The translations under genes and the position numbers were made by a program. Positions 52,901-62,782 of a stretch of DNA of 64,000 nucleotides are shown piece after piece. Within the stretch, counting starts at the first letter, position 1, and the number at the start of each line of letters is the position of its first letter. Origin of the DNA: Chamaesiphon sp. (GTDB lineage: Bacteria; Cyanobacteriota; Cyanobacteriia; Cyanobacteriales; Chamaesiphonaceae); contig CBDFFH010000052.1 of the NCBI GenBank assembly GCA_965246715.1, positions 83,137-147,136 of the forward strand, written 5' to 3'. The notes beneath the pieces were generated by a model. That model worked only from the letters and a program-made list of their open reading frames with translations. It was not told the origin of the DNA and did not search any database.

Positions 52901-53512
52901 CGGATGGAAGGGATGGAACCCGTCAACATGCTCGCCCTCGAAGCCTACGAAGAAACCAACAACCGCCTTCAAGAACTCAGCGACAAACTCGGCACCCTCG
53001 AAGCCGAAAGCATGGAACTCCTGCTCCGCATCGAAAACTTCACCACCTTACGCTTCCAAGCCTTTAGCGAAGCCTTCGATGCCGTCAATGCCAACTTCCA
53101 AAATATCTTCGCCGAACTCTCTGACGGCGACGGCTTTCTCCAATTAGAAAATCCTGCCGATCCCTTTAGTGGTGGCTTAAATCTCGTCGCTCACCCCAAG
53201 GGGAAACCAGTTCAACGCCTCTCCTCAATGTCTGGGGGCGAGAAATCCCTCACGGCTCTAAGCTTTATCTTCGCCCTCCAGCGCTATCGCCCATCGCCAT
53301 TCTATGCCTTCGATGAGGTGGATATGTTCCTGGATGGGGCGAATGTGGAGCGGCTCTCAAAGATGATTCGCAAGCAAGCCAATCAAGCCCAGTTTTTGGT
53401 AGTAAGTCTGCGTCGTCCGATGATTGAGGCGGCTGACAGAACGATCGGGGTGACGCAAGCACGGGGAGCTTATACTCAGGTATTAGGCATCAATCTCAAG
53501 ACTTCGGCGTAG
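49904..53512 (+). CDS. smc: Chromosome segregation protein SMC
   Basis: FKSF, GPNGSGKS, hinge (GRATFLPL...GAMTGG), MSGGE, FDEVD. Confidence 0.97.
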   Translation: MVHIKQVELSHFKSFGGTTKVPILPGFTVVSGPNGSGKSNILDALLFCLGLASSKGMRAERLPDLVNHDRNTKGASEAIVTVTFDLENEDEPSPEIEVVDISSMSPAPPKQRLANEWVVTRRLRVNAQGGYTSNYSINGEACNLAELHDQLNALRIYPEGYNVVLQGDVTSIISMNSKERREIIDELAGVAAFDRKIDRAKSTLDEVKEKVEKCNIVAAELVVQRDKLSQDRIKAEKYQRLRTEFQEKSVQEVVLKWKNLQQKQSKVQQELGQGKVALSGLEERVTTLQDEIKTTTTEVESLNAKVRALGEERLLAAQAELATQQAERRQLEQQQQELTADRQTTETDRQNTATQFANYELEHQRLTSEQQQLETTQSVKLRTDRDDTKYQLELTKEKASSIASASTAWVEEQTQVSRQIETTLQELSKQRTAQAQLTERRSQLTEKIAEQTQQLAMITPDLEANQNNVAQLENRLAQLTGELAVLENRLTAVQSNIDTQLETQKRLLQEQRDKQRLVDKLEAQNQAQQEAQGTFATKIIQEAKLPGVHGLVAQLGTVDPAYQLALEIAAGARMGNLVVDDDGVASRAIELLKQKRGGRATFLPLNKINAQSLTENSALRSTQGFIDYAVNLIDFDREYEKIFNYVFGGTIVFDRLDRARSAMGRHRIVTLDGELLESSGAMTGGNISQKSTLHFGTADASDSAEVRTLQKRLAEIEQILQVSMEVVNKGNIELRQLSSAVADTRQAQRELKLNFDQNQKDISQSGNQKSQLQSQITKNQQDLNLTVTNLATLEQILPPLEAALAHDRAELAELEKSGVHSDWQAIQTEIKAQEQQLQQRQQALAAVEQKLQEIDRNRSILTEKIAENQRRTSEYQQRLETLDRKLTEIKTRLAVVGKSIATTKASLVILEQELGTDKQLRDKAEAQLRQLHLNLQELQWEQQKLTELQQQRQTEIENTIVQIATQRTELPAELPELPEESQPDEYLASLQSQIRLLQKRMEGMEPVNMLALEAYEETNNRLQELSDKLGTLEAESMELLLRIENFTTLRFQAFSEAFDAVNANFQNIFAELSDGDGFLQLENPADPFSGGLNLVAHPKGKPVQRLSSMSGGEKSLTALSFIFALQRYRPSPFYAFDEVDMFLDGANVERLSKMIRKQANQAQFLVVSLRRPMIEAADRTIGVTQARGAYTQVLGINLKTSA

Positions 53513-53640
53513 AAAGCCTGTCATAAATTTATATATACTGATTAATCACTTGGGACAATACCCACCCTGACTTTTTTCTTTTTGGTGGTTCGCTAATAAG
53601 ATAGTACTATAATTGGGTGGCTTTTTTGTCGGGAATCACC

Positions 53641-53682
53641 TTAGCCTAAAGGGCGGGAAGGAAGCACCACCCTCTAGGCTAA
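53641..53682. terminator. Hairpin between convergent smc and HNH genes
   Basis: TTAGCCTAAAGGG...CCCTCTAGGCTAA (1 mismatch). Confidence 0.45.
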
Positions 53683-53718
53683 CGTTTCTAACCAGAACTC
53701 AAATAAGATTGCTACTAT

Positions 53719-54219
53719 CTATTCAATCCCGATCGCATATTTGCGCCATTCCGCATGAGCGCCACTACCGATCTGATTGACAATCTCGTAGTGGAGGCTG
53801 CTGTGGGGTCGGCGCGGTTGCGTCGTCAGGTGCAAGTTAGCTTCTTTGGGAGTTCTACTGCCCTTTTTGACATTGCAGCGCATGCATGCCGTAGTGAGGT
53901 TTTCCCAACTGTCGACTCCACCACGAGATCGCGGCACGACATGATCCAGCGTCAAATCGCTACCCGTGTAACCACAGTACTGACAGGCATGATTGTCGCG
54001 GTTGAGAATATTCCGGCGGGTCAGCGGAATTTCGCGATATGGCACCGTCACATAGTGCCGCAGTCGAATTACCGTTGGTAGTGGAAAGTCCCGGTACAAG
54101 TATTTGCCATTATGTTCGACTTGTTCTGCTTTGCCTTTGAGCATCAAGATCGCTGCACGTCGCCAACCAGTAATGTTGAGCGGCTCATAGGAAGCATTTA
54201 ACACCAGCACTTTGCTCAT
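53719..54219 (-). CDS. HNH endonuclease (conserved McrA-like family)
   Basis: VLVLNASYEP, RD..CQYCG, TLDHVVP, CMRCN.KK. Confidence 0.9.
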   Translation of the reverse strand: MSKVLVLNASYEPLNITGWRRAAILMLKGKAEQVEHNGKYLYRDFPLPTVIRLRHYVTVPYREIPLTRRNILNRDNHACQYCGYTGSDLTLDHVVPRSRGGVDSWENLTTACMRCNVKKGSRTPKEANLHLTTQPRRPHSSLHYEIVNQIGSGAHAEWRKYAIGIE

Positions 54220-54371
54220 GTTGCTTAGAAATTTTCAGCCTATTTCTTCAGATGTTAACACAAACTCTCAGCGGTGTTCTCATTAGTACAAACTGTCAAA
54301 AAAAAGCATCGATCGTGAATGATTTGGTAAACTTACTCCCAACCGCATCTATGTAATATGGCCGATCGCAT

Positions 54372-55514
54372 ATGGATTCAATCGACTGGGAACAGCAACG
54401 TGCTTGGGTAGAAATCGATAACTCGGCACTGTTAAATAACGTGTGCGAGATTAAACGCTTATTGGCACCACAGACGGCGATGATGGCAGTCGTCAAAGCT
54501 GATGCGTATGGACATGGGGCGATCGATGTCGCTCGAACTGTCGTCGCTGCAGGAGTCGAGTGGCTGGCTGTGGCGACCGTACCGGAAGGAATCGAACTCA
54601 GACAAGCTCAGATTTCAGCACCAATTCTCGTACTCGGTGCAGTTAATAGTGAGGTACAGATTCAAGCGATCGTCAAATGGAATCTCCACCCGACGATCTG
54701 CAATATCGCTCAAGCAACGCAGATCTCGAAGGCGATGGTTGCGAGTCGAGCCGATGCCCCGCTGGTAGTTCACCTCAAGCTGGATACTGGGATGTCTAGA
54801 TTGGGAACAGATTGGCAGCAAGCAGTTGATTTCTTTAGTGAGTTCAAAACTTTACCTTATCTCCAAATCGGTGGCTTGTACTCGCATTTAGCTACCGCAG
54901 AGGACATCGATACCACAATATTAGATCGGCAACTCGATCGGTTCGATCGCGCGACAACCGCAATTAGGAATGCTGGACACGCGCTGCCGCTCCTACATCT
55001 GGCGAATTCTGCCGGAATACTGGCTAGCGAACGATTGCACTACGATTTAGTCAGGCCGGGGCTGATTTTGTATGGGGTCTATCCAGCACTACATTTTCGA
55101 TCGCAGATCGACCTTCAACCAGTCTTGAGTGTTAAAGCGCGCATCTCCCAAGTGAAGGATATTACTGCGGGTACGGGAGTAAGTTATGGGTATCGATTTA
55201 TTGCCGATCGCGACATGCGGTTAGCGGTGGTCGGAATCGGTTATGCTGATGGAATACCTCGCCGATTGTCAGGTCGAATGCAGGTCGCGATTAGAGGTCG
55301 ATCGATCCCACAAATTGGTGCGATTACTATGGATCAAATCGTGCTAGATGTCAGTCAGATCCCCGATCTTCAGGTAGGGGAAATCGTCACGATCTTGGGA
55401 CGAGACGGCGCTACACAGATTACCGTAGATGATTGGGCGAACGAACTAGGAACGATTTCCTGGGAAATTCTGTGTGGATTCAAGCATCGCTTACCACGCG
55501 TAAGTAGATGTTAG
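54372..55514 (+). CDS. alr: Alanine racemase
   Basis: AVVKADAYGHG, DTGMSRLG, GYADG, TMDQ. Confidence 0.97.
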   Translation: MDSIDWEQQRAWVEIDNSALLNNVCEIKRLLAPQTAMMAVVKADAYGHGAIDVARTVVAAGVEWLAVATVPEGIELRQAQISAPILVLGAVNSEVQIQAIVKWNLHPTICNIAQATQISKAMVASRADAPLVVHLKLDTGMSRLGTDWQQAVDFFSEFKTLPYLQIGGLYSHLATAEDIDTTILDRQLDRFDRATTAIRNAGHALPLLHLANSAGILASERLHYDLVRPGLILYGVYPALHFRSQIDLQPVLSVKARISQVKDITAGTGVSYGYRFIADRDMRLAVVGIGYADGIPRRLSGRMQVAIRGRSIPQIGAITMDQIVLDVSQIPDLQVGEIVTILGRDGATQITVDDWANELGTISWEILCGFKHRLPRVSRC

Positions 55515-55649
55515 AGCGATCGATCCCGCTTCTATTATCAAGAATTGCAAAAGATGGCGATCGCGAGTCAAGGAAACAGTGTATGTGTAGTTATGTAGGC
55601 AACATGAGCGAAATGTTGACAAATATCAACGGTAAGGAGGCGATCGCGA

Positions 55650-56435
55650 GTGGACGAGTCATATAACACTTATCTCAATCGCGTGGCAAAGATGACTTTA
55701 CCCGCCACTTATAAATCTCAGATTGAGAATATCCAAGAATCACCCAAATTCAAGTTAGCTGCGGATGGTAGTCGGCAACCAGTACCTTTCCCTGGCTATT
55801 CGATAATTACACCACCTGGAGCGGAAGACCCCGATAATGCTGCGTTATTTGCAAGTTTGGCTGAGTGTCAGCAGCAGCTTACTAAAAAATTAGAGCCGGA
55901 CTTATTAGTTCTAGTGAACCCGGCTAGTTTTCACTTCACCTTAGCAGATTTGATTTGGGATAGTGCTTATCGCACGGCGATTGCTGCTAATCCTGATTTT
56001 GAAAGTCAATTACGCGCTCGGATCGAAGATAGTTTTAGTATTTATCAGAGTGCGAAGGTTGAAGATAAATCGATTCGCTGGCAAATCATGGGCTTGACGG
56101 TCAGACCGCGAGCGATCGAGGTAAGCTTGGTACCCAAGGATGAGTGTAGTTACGATCGCATCATTGCGTTTCGACGGGCTATTTATCAGAGTTCGAGTTT
56201 GATGGCGCTAGGCATCGAGCAACAATATTATTTCACCGCACATACGACGTTAGCCTATTTTGCAAATATCGATCGGGAGATCGATCGGGAGCGGTTGAAC
56301 GATACTTTGCAAGAATATAATATGCACTGGCTCGACCATCCGCAAGAGATTATCTTAGCCCAAGGGCAATTGCGGAAGTTTAGCGATATGTATACTTACG
56401 AACGCGAACCAAATTTTCCGATCGTCCGATTGTAG
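55650..56435 (+). CDS. DUF1868-like 2H phosphoesterase
   Basis: Two HxT motifs (FHFT, AHTT); PFPGYS. Confidence 0.75.
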   Translation: MDESYNTYLNRVAKMTLPATYKSQIENIQESPKFKLAADGSRQPVPFPGYSIITPPGAEDPDNAALFASLAECQQQLTKKLEPDLLVLVNPASFHFTLADLIWDSAYRTAIAANPDFESQLRARIEDSFSIYQSAKVEDKSIRWQIMGLTVRPRAIEVSLVPKDECSYDRIIAFRRAIYQSSSLMALGIEQQYYFTAHTTLAYFANIDREIDRERLNDTLQEYNMHWLDHPQEIILAQGQLRKFSDMYTYEREPNFPIVRL

Positions 56436-56952
56436 AATATTTGTCGATCGCATAGATATCCCCCTAAATTCCCCTTTAAAAAGCGGATGCAAGCGCGTGG
56501 AGGTTTTCTCTACATGTAAATTGCACCAATTTTAGGGAGACTTTGAGTATTAAGGGGTATTTTTGTTTTATTAATAGCTATCTGCGGATAGTAGGTTGTG
56601 ATGAGTTTGCTCGAGCGCTTGTAATTTCATATTCGATCGTCAACCGTTCATCTTCGAATATAGACAAGGGTATATGTAGATCGATCAAAGTCTCCAACTA
56701 ACAGTTTTTTGAGTGGCGGTTTAGACATTTATATCGATCTGTAAATTCAATCGTTTCAGCTTATCATTCACGCATTAAATATTAATAGGACTCGATTATC
56801 CCTGCTGTTAATTACGATCGCGTTGTCACTTCTAAATCTGTCACTGGATAAATACGTTCGCTTAATATGATTAACTGACTAAAATCGATCGGGTTTTGCT
56901 GCTGTTCGTAGACGAATGCTGAGATATCCTCGATCTAAATAATCCTGTGGGT

Positions 56953-58173
56953 TCATCTTATCATCTCAACTTCCAGCCGCATTCCTGCCCGCTTTAGCCG
57001 CTCTACCAACACATCTCCCAATCCAGTCGCTGGTGTCAAAATTCCACCCCGCTGCGCCCCTCCTGGCAGCCTGTCGAAATCCACCGCCAAACATAATGCT
57101 GACTCGCAGACAAATTTAACCGTAGCGCGATTGCCAGGATCGCCCACATCCGCAATCAGCCCCCGTACTCGTTGCCCCTGGCTGCCCCAGCCCAACAGTT
57201 CGCACCGAAACCAACCTTCATTCATAGTTTGCTCTGTCGGCCCGCTCCCAACTTGCGGGATAATTGATTCTAGGAGCTGGCGCAAGGGCGGTATCGCAAT
57301 CGCGCCACCGATGAGCGCCATCCCTCCCACCATTGCCGTAGACTGAAGCCATGCCAACGGCGGGTCAAATTTGAAGTATTCCTGGTAGCTAAAGCCCGTA
57401 CCATAAGATTCTTGCCATCGATCGAATAATGCCCGACTGCGACGGACGATTCGCGTATTGACCACACCCATAAAAAATGGCGCAACCCAAGTCCCCATCT
57501 CGGCATCGTACTGGGGAGCCGTAGGATCGCGATGTCTGTCTATATCTGTGGGGACAGATTCTGGTGGATTGAGCAGGAATGGATTACCTACTTGCTGTAG
57601 CTCTCCTCGATCGTACATACTCAAACCACTAGCCAGCGTACCACCATTAAAACCACCCGCCGCCTGATAATAACCCTTAACCTGAGTACAGTTGGCACCC
57701 AGTTCTCGCTGAACATAACGCACCAGTAGATAAGCCCCTAAATCTGAGGGTACCGAATCAAAACCACAGCAGGGGATAATTCGCGTCCCATCACTGGCAG
57801 CTCGGATGTGATAGCGATCGATCAGTCCCTTCACCCACGGCGTTTCGCCTGTAATATCGACATAATGAGTACCGTAACGGACGCAAGCATCGACGATCGC
57901 ATCGCCATATATCGCAAATGGACCAGCCGTATTTAATAATACTTGCGTCTGGGACACGATCGCGTCGATCGCAGTGGGATCTTGACTATCGGCAACGAGC
58001 ACATCGACATCGACACCCATTTCTGCCCTGACTGATTCTAACTTGTGACGATCTCGACCCGCGATCGCCCACCATACCTCATTGCCAGCACGTTCGGCAA
58101 AATACCGGACAGTTTGCTTACCCACAAAGCCACTGGCACCATACAGCACTACATCATAACTGGTTTCACGCAT
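56953..58173 (-). CDS. Saccharopine dehydrogenase-like oxidoreductase
   Basis: GASGFVG, AGPF, YVDITGE, CGFDSVPSDLG, GGILTPA. Confidence 0.88.
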   Translation of the reverse strand: MRETSYDVVLYGASGFVGKQTVRYFAERAGNEVWWAIAGRDRHKLESVRAEMGVDVDVLVADSQDPTAIDAIVSQTQVLLNTAGPFAIYGDAIVDACVRYGTHYVDITGETPWVKGLIDRYHIRAASDGTRIIPCCGFDSVPSDLGAYLLVRYVQRELGANCTQVKGYYQAAGGFNGGTLASGLSMYDRGELQQVGNPFLLNPPESVPTDIDRHRDPTAPQYDAEMGTWVAPFFMGVVNTRIVRRSRALFDRWQESYGTGFSYQEYFKFDPPLAWLQSTAMVGGMALIGGAIAIPPLRQLLESIIPQVGSGPTEQTMNEGWFRCELLGWGSQGQRVRGLIADVGDPGNRATVKFVCESALCLAVDFDRLPGGAQRGGILTPATGLGDVLVERLKRAGMRLEVEMIR

Positions 58174-58269
58174 GACCTGACGATCGCCTATCGACTACTT
58201 ATGTCTAAGTTCTAGCTCTATTATAGTCCGCCTCGATCTGGCAGAAATCAACAGCTCGATCGAGTAATC

Positions 58270-58296
58270 TGTAGGGCATCCCCTTGTGGGTGCCCT
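58270..58296. repeat. REP-like palindrome GTAGGGCATCCCCTTGTGGGTGCCCT
   Basis: Same family as the copies at 17314-17340, 17177-17202 and 27783-27809. Confidence 0.7.
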
Positions 58297-58370
58297 GTTG
58301 GTACGAAGCTAGAATAGTTGAGAGCGTACAGAAATTTCAGTAACGCAAAATATTGATGCGGAGAATAGGT

Positions 58371-58673
58371 ATGTTAGAAATTAGCCCTCAATTACTTAAA
58401 GAAGCCAAACTATCAGTAGATGACATGGCAACTTATTTAACCGAGCATGGCTGGAAAAAAGTGCCCAATCAAAACCAAAGGGTAACTATATTTAAAGGAG
58501 TTAATGATGATTTTGGCAATCCCATCATTTTAACTTTACCCCGAAATCACGGCTTTGGTGATGCACTGCGCCGTTTGTCAGAAGCAGTTAATTTAGTTGC
58601 CTTTCTCGAAAATAGAGATCCTGAAAGCTTAATGGTAGATCTTCACGATCGCTCTACAAATCGTCAGATCTAA
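58371..58673 (+). CDS. Hypothetical protein
   Basis: 100-aa ORF (YL.EHGW motif); its stop codon lies within the ISL3 target duplication. Confidence 0.6.
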   Translation: MLEISPQLLKEAKLSVDDMATYLTEHGWKKVPNQNQRVTIFKGVNDDFGNPIILTLPRNHGFGDALRRLSEAVNLVAFLENRDPESLMVDLHDRSTNRQI

Positions 58674-60088
58674 GGCTCTACCGAACTTGCTATGCTAAGT
58701 AGTGGATAAGAATCAAGTTTAATTGACAAAATTGATAATTTTGAGTTATGGAAGCTTGGTGCAGCATAAATGACAGATTTTATTATAGAATAGTAAGATC
58801 TTGATTTCTGGCAACAAATAAGCTTGAATTGCATTATGTCATCCAAATCGCAACTAAAAACCATTAATGAAATTCTTAATATCGACGGAATGACCGTCAC
58901 TGCTTATAAGATCTTAGATGAAATCGGTTATTTTATTTATCTAGAAAATCAGCAATTAAAAGCAGTGTGTCCTCATTGTGGAACTGAAAGTAATAAACTT
59001 CATGAGAATCACCAATTAACAGTGAGAGATCTACCATTCGGTGAACATGATGTTTACCTTAAAATTAATCGTCGTCAATTCAAGTGTATGAGTTGTGGTC
59101 GAAAATTCAGTGAGGAATTAAATTTCATCAAAAAGAGAAGTCATTTCACCGAGCGAATGAAGCAGAAGATTGTCGAAGAGAGTCTAGCTAGTGATATTAA
59201 AAGTGTTGCCAAAAGAAATGGATTAAGTGAGCAAGAAGTGGAGACAATAATCAAAAAAGCTGGGGTAAATCTAGTGCAAAAAAAGCCAGAGAATTTAACC
59301 AGACTAGGAATTGATGAAATTGCCTTTGTTAAAGGGCAAAAAAACTATTGTGCGGTGTTAGTAGATCTAGAAAAAAGAGAGTTAATAGCCATCTTACCAA
59401 AAAGGACTCAAGAATGTATTGGTGAGTGCTTGAAGTCTTGGGGTTCGGAGGTTTTGAACCAAATTACAGAAGTAAGTATCGATCTATTTTCATCATACAA
59501 AAGTCTGGTAAATGAATTGATACCAAATGCTGAAGTGGTTGGAGACAGATTTCATGTAATGAAACAGATAAATGAAGAGTTAGATCGAGAGAGAATTAAA
59601 ATCAAAAGAGAGGCTGAGAGGGTGAAGAACAAAGATGAAAAGAACAAGAAATTAGCAGCATTAACTCACAGTAAATATGCAATACTCAAAAACGAAGCGG
59701 ATTTGAATGAATTGCAAAAAGAGAAGTTGAAAGAGATTGGAGACGTTTTTCCAGAATTAGCAGCAATGCACAAAACAAAAGAGTTATTTAGAGATATATT
59801 TGAATCAAAAACAGATTGGGGAAATGGGCTAATAAGCTTGTGTGACTGGCTCAAGAATGCTTGTGGGAAATTCCCCAAGAGTTGTGGAACTATTAAAAGA
59901 TGGATTGGTGAAATAATTGCCTATTTTGATAATAGAACAACTCAAGGAGTCGTCGAAGGAATTAACAATAAACTCAAGCTAATAAAAAGAATGGGATATG
60001 GGTTTAGAAATTTTGAGAATTTTCAGATCAGAAGTTTGCTAGCATGGCATTTCAATCCTTGATTTAGCATAGTAAGTTCGGTAGAACC
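58674..60088 (+). mobile_element. Complete ISL3-family insertion sequence (1415 bp)
   Basis: TIRs GGCTCTACCGAACTTGCTATGCTAA / TTAGCATAGTAAGTTCGGTAGAACC; 8-bp TSD AGATCTAA. Confidence 0.95.
58836..60062 (+). CDS. ISL3 transposase
   Basis: CPHC zinc finger, LGIDE, DRFHV, EGINNKLK..KR.GYGFRNF. Confidence 0.95.
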   Translation: MSSKSQLKTINEILNIDGMTVTAYKILDEIGYFIYLENQQLKAVCPHCGTESNKLHENHQLTVRDLPFGEHDVYLKINRRQFKCMSCGRKFSEELNFIKKRSHFTERMKQKIVEESLASDIKSVAKRNGLSEQEVETIIKKAGVNLVQKKPENLTRLGIDEIAFVKGQKNYCAVLVDLEKRELIAILPKRTQECIGECLKSWGSEVLNQITEVSIDLFSSYKSLVNELIPNAEVVGDRFHVMKQINEELDRERIKIKREAERVKNKDEKNKKLAALTHSKYAILKNEADLNELQKEKLKEIGDVFPELAAMHKTKELFRDIFESKTDWGNGLISLCDWLKNACGKFPKSCGTIKRWIGEIIAYFDNRTTQGVVEGINNKLKLIKRMGYGFRNFENFQIRSLLAWHFNP

Positions 60089-60279
60089 AGATCTAACGAT
60101 TCTCGTTTCGATCGATTGAAGCCGATGTTCGACATGGGTTAATGGATGAAAAAAACTTTTGGTGGGTTGTTGGATTTCATTCTTCAATCAAATCTACAAA
60201 TTTACACTTGCAAACGTGTGTGGATGTCTTGCATTGCTTCAATCACTTATTTTACAGCAACTTGCTACCACGTATTAAT

Positions 60280-60954
60280 TTACAACTCTTTGGTGTTACC
60301 TTCTGTAAGGAGAATCGATTCCCCCGACAATTGCAATTGTGCTGCGACTTTTACATCTGTCACGGGATAAATCGTCTCACTCGGTACGATTAACTGACTA
60401 CAATCAGCCAGATTTTGATGCTGCTCCCAAACGAATTCGGAGATATCCTCGATCGAGATTATCCACTCCCGCGCATACAAAGCCAGCACATCTCCCCGCA
60501 ACCCTAATTGAATCGCTTTGCGCTCTAATTTGCCCCCAGCTGGGCTGTGGTCGGGATCCCATTGCAATCTGACGTTAGAATTACTAACGGCGCGTTTCCA
60601 GTCCTTTTCAGTGGGGTAGAGATCGGAATTATAACTAGAACGCACAGCGTTAGCTAGAATCGTATCGAATCCCAATCTTTGAATTTTCACCGCTAAAACC
60701 ACCTCCTGACCCTCCTTTTGACCCCAGCCAGAGCGATACATCATCCAGAGGAAATTGGGCTTAATCCAGCTCATCCGACTTAGGCTAAAATGGTCGCCGC
60801 CGAAGTAGCCATGAGTCGCTGAAAAATGTCCGATCGCTGGACGATAAGCCTGATATACCACCACTCCCTCATCATCGAATTGCGCGACGATCTGACGACC
60901 GTTTTTTGGTAGTCTGGCACGTTGTTCGGTGTATGCGGTTGTAATAAGTTGCAT
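60280..60954 (-). CDS. DUF4291 family protein
   Basis: VYQAY, RMSWIKPNFLWMMYRSGW, LQWDPDH. Confidence 0.88.
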   Translation of the reverse strand: MQLITTAYTEQRARLPKNGRQIVAQFDDEGVVVYQAYRPAIGHFSATHGYFGGDHFSLSRMSWIKPNFLWMMYRSGWGQKEGQEVVLAVKIQRLGFDTILANAVRSSYNSDLYPTEKDWKRAVSNSNVRLQWDPDHSPAGGKLERKAIQLGLRGDVLALYAREWIISIEDISEFVWEQHQNLADCSQLIVPSETIYPVTDVKVAAQLQLSGESILLTEGNTKEL

Positions 60955-61018
60955 CGATCGAAAATATTCAGCAATAACAATAAATATGTCGTTGCCAAAT
61001 ATTTTGGGGATGTAAAAG

Positions 61019-61092
61019 GGCGAACGACGGGACTTGAACCCGCGAATGGAGGTACCACAAACCTCTGCCTTAACCACTTGGCCACGCTCGCC
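61019..61092 (-). tRNA. trnH: tRNA-His(GUG)
   Basis: Cloverleaf, G-1/C73, anticodon loop TTGTGGT. Confidence 0.95.
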
Positions 61093-61206
61093 ACGCTTTA
61101 ATGCGTAAAACTTATCATAGCACGATCGATTTAATTTAGTCTAGTGTCCGATCGAAGGAGTTCGATCGATCCAAACCAATATCGAGTTAAAGTTACTATT
61201 TTTAAG

Positions 61207-61281
61207 GGCGAAAGACAGGATTCGAACCCGCGAATAAAGGCACCACAAGCCTCCGCCCTAAGCCCCTATGCAACTCTCGCC
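61207..61281 (-). tRNA. Divergent tRNA-His(GUG)-like copy (pseudo-tRNA or tRNA-like RNA)
   Basis: Acceptor, anticodon and T arms still pair; D arm is altered. Confidence 0.65.
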
Positions 61282-61372
61282 AGCTTTAATGCGTAAATGC
61301 CACCACACACGATCGATTTAAATTAGTCTAGTGTTACAGTAAAATCATTCCGGTACGAATGAGCTGGTTACG

Positions 61373-61747
61373 ATGATGATGGCACAATGGCAAGTCGTCC
61401 CAATTGGGATTTTGGCGATCTGTGGGCTGGGGGGGATGATGACTTTGACTAATCCCGATCGCACGGCTTATGAAGCGTACGCAATCGATCGAGTGGGCGA
61501 CTTGGCTAGAGACCAATGCGATCGGATGCCAGCAGGTTTGGGCACCGTGCTGCAAGGCCCATGTCGGGCGGCGATCGAGTCTTTTAAGCCCCAAATTCGA
61601 CCGCTACTATCGGCGACTACCAGCCGTCAAAACTTTATTTTCTTTAGTATTTATAAGTCAGACATCTCGATTCCCGCAGTTAATTTGAATGCCAAAGTCG
61701 AATCGATCGGGATGTTTAATAATTTCTTTACTTACAAAGCGCCTTAA
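61373..61747 (+). CDS. DUF4359-like exported protein
   Basis: TNP...YE.YA, two Cys, T.RQNFIFFSIY. Confidence 0.75.
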   Translation: MMMAQWQVVPIGILAICGLGGMMTLTNPDRTAYEAYAIDRVGDLARDQCDRMPAGLGTVLQGPCRAAIESFKPQIRPLLSATTSRQNFIFFSIYKSDISIPAVNLNAKVESIGMFNNFFTYKAP

Positions 61748-61751
61748 TCAC

Positions 61752-61856
61752 CTCACAGCTTGCATCAAAATATATATCCTAGTGGAAGCGGAGATTTAGG
61801 TTACCCACCAGGGGTTGTGGCAGTAAGAATAAAGATGTATCGGTGCAAGCTGTGAG
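61752..61856. repeat. 105-bp segment bounded by 13-bp perfect inverted repeats (possible MITE)
   Basis: CTCACAGCTTGCA / TGCAAGCTGTGAG; no clear TSD. Confidence 0.5.
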
Positions 61857-61949
61857 TAACTACGCTTGGGTACTTGCCGATTGTGACTCGATCGTGAGAT
61901 AATTATAGACTGTGTTTATTTTTATTCCCGCGTTGGGTCTGTAAAGAGT

Positions 61950-62144
61950 ATGGCAGCCAAAAAGGGCGTTCGTATTATCATCACTTTGGAATGCACTGAG
62001 TGCCGCACTAATCCTGCTAAACGCTCTAATGGTGTTTCCCGTTACACGACTATGAAAAACCGTCGGAATACCACCGCACGGTTAGAGTTGAGCAAATTTT
62101 GTCGTTACTGCAACAAACACGTAACGCACAAGGAAATCAAATAA
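61950..62144 (+). CDS. rpmG: 50S ribosomal protein L33
   Basis: ITLECTEC...RYTT.KNRRN...HKEIK. Confidence 0.97.
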   Translation: MAAKKGVRIIITLECTECRTNPAKRSNGVSRYTTMKNRRNTTARLELSKFCRYCNKHVTHKEIK

Positions 62145-62292
62145 ATTATGAGTTATGAATGATGAATTATGCAGCTTCACGCCAAATAATTCGGATTTTT
62201 CTGAGTCATCATTCGATCTGCGCTCGCTCGCATCAACAGAATAGGTAGTGTCTTCACTATCCACCGTCCACTATTCACTATCCGCTAAAAAC

Positions 62293-62508
62293 ATGGCTTA
62301 TTTTCGCAAACGGCTATCGCCGATCAAACCTGGAGAACCGATCGATTACAAAGATGTAGACTTACTCCGGAAGTTTGTTACCGAGCGCGGCAAAATCTTG
62401 CCCCGACGGATTACTGGTTTGACATCGAAACAACAACGCGATCTAACGCTCTCGATCAAGCGCTCGCGTCAAATCGCGTTGATGCCATTTATCAACGTCG
62501 AAGGTTAG
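62293..62508 (+). CDS. rpsR: 30S ribosomal protein S18
   Basis: [25 protein letters not shown]. Confidence 0.97.
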   Translation: MAYFRKRLSPIKPGEPIDYKDVDLLRKFVTERGKILPRRITGLTSKQQRDLTLSIKRSRQIALMPFINVEG

Positions 62509-62782
62509 ATCGATCGTTAAGGGATGAGGAATGAGGGTTGCTAGTAGCTTATCCGGTTCCAGCAAACTTCATGTCTTCACATTCCCGATCCCAGCTAGCT
62601 ACTATCTCCCATTCACCGTAAAATAGATAAGGGCGCGCAAGCTTCGCCGTTGGCGCAACATGGCGCATGAGCTTTGACAATTGCAACGGCTAATCGATCG
62701 TCAGATCGCCGCCAGATTGTAGCAGCAAGCCGAACGAAATCACACATAGCGCTCAAATACTGTTAGCAGGGAAGAGATCGGG

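Noticed and set aside
49904..53512. SMC as part of a Wadjet/Lamassu-type defence system with the neighbouring island
   Set aside because: Canonical full-length SMC with hinge and host-like CGATCG density; no jet/lmu partner genes.
53719..54219. HNH protein as the missing restriction enzyme of the MTase operon
   Set aside because: Belongs to a widely conserved standalone family, has host-like composition, and is separated from the operon by smc.
61019..61281. attL/attR of an element integrated at tRNA-His
   Set aside because: The duplication covers the whole gene plus its 5' flank, the copies are only ~115 bp apart, and there is no integrase.
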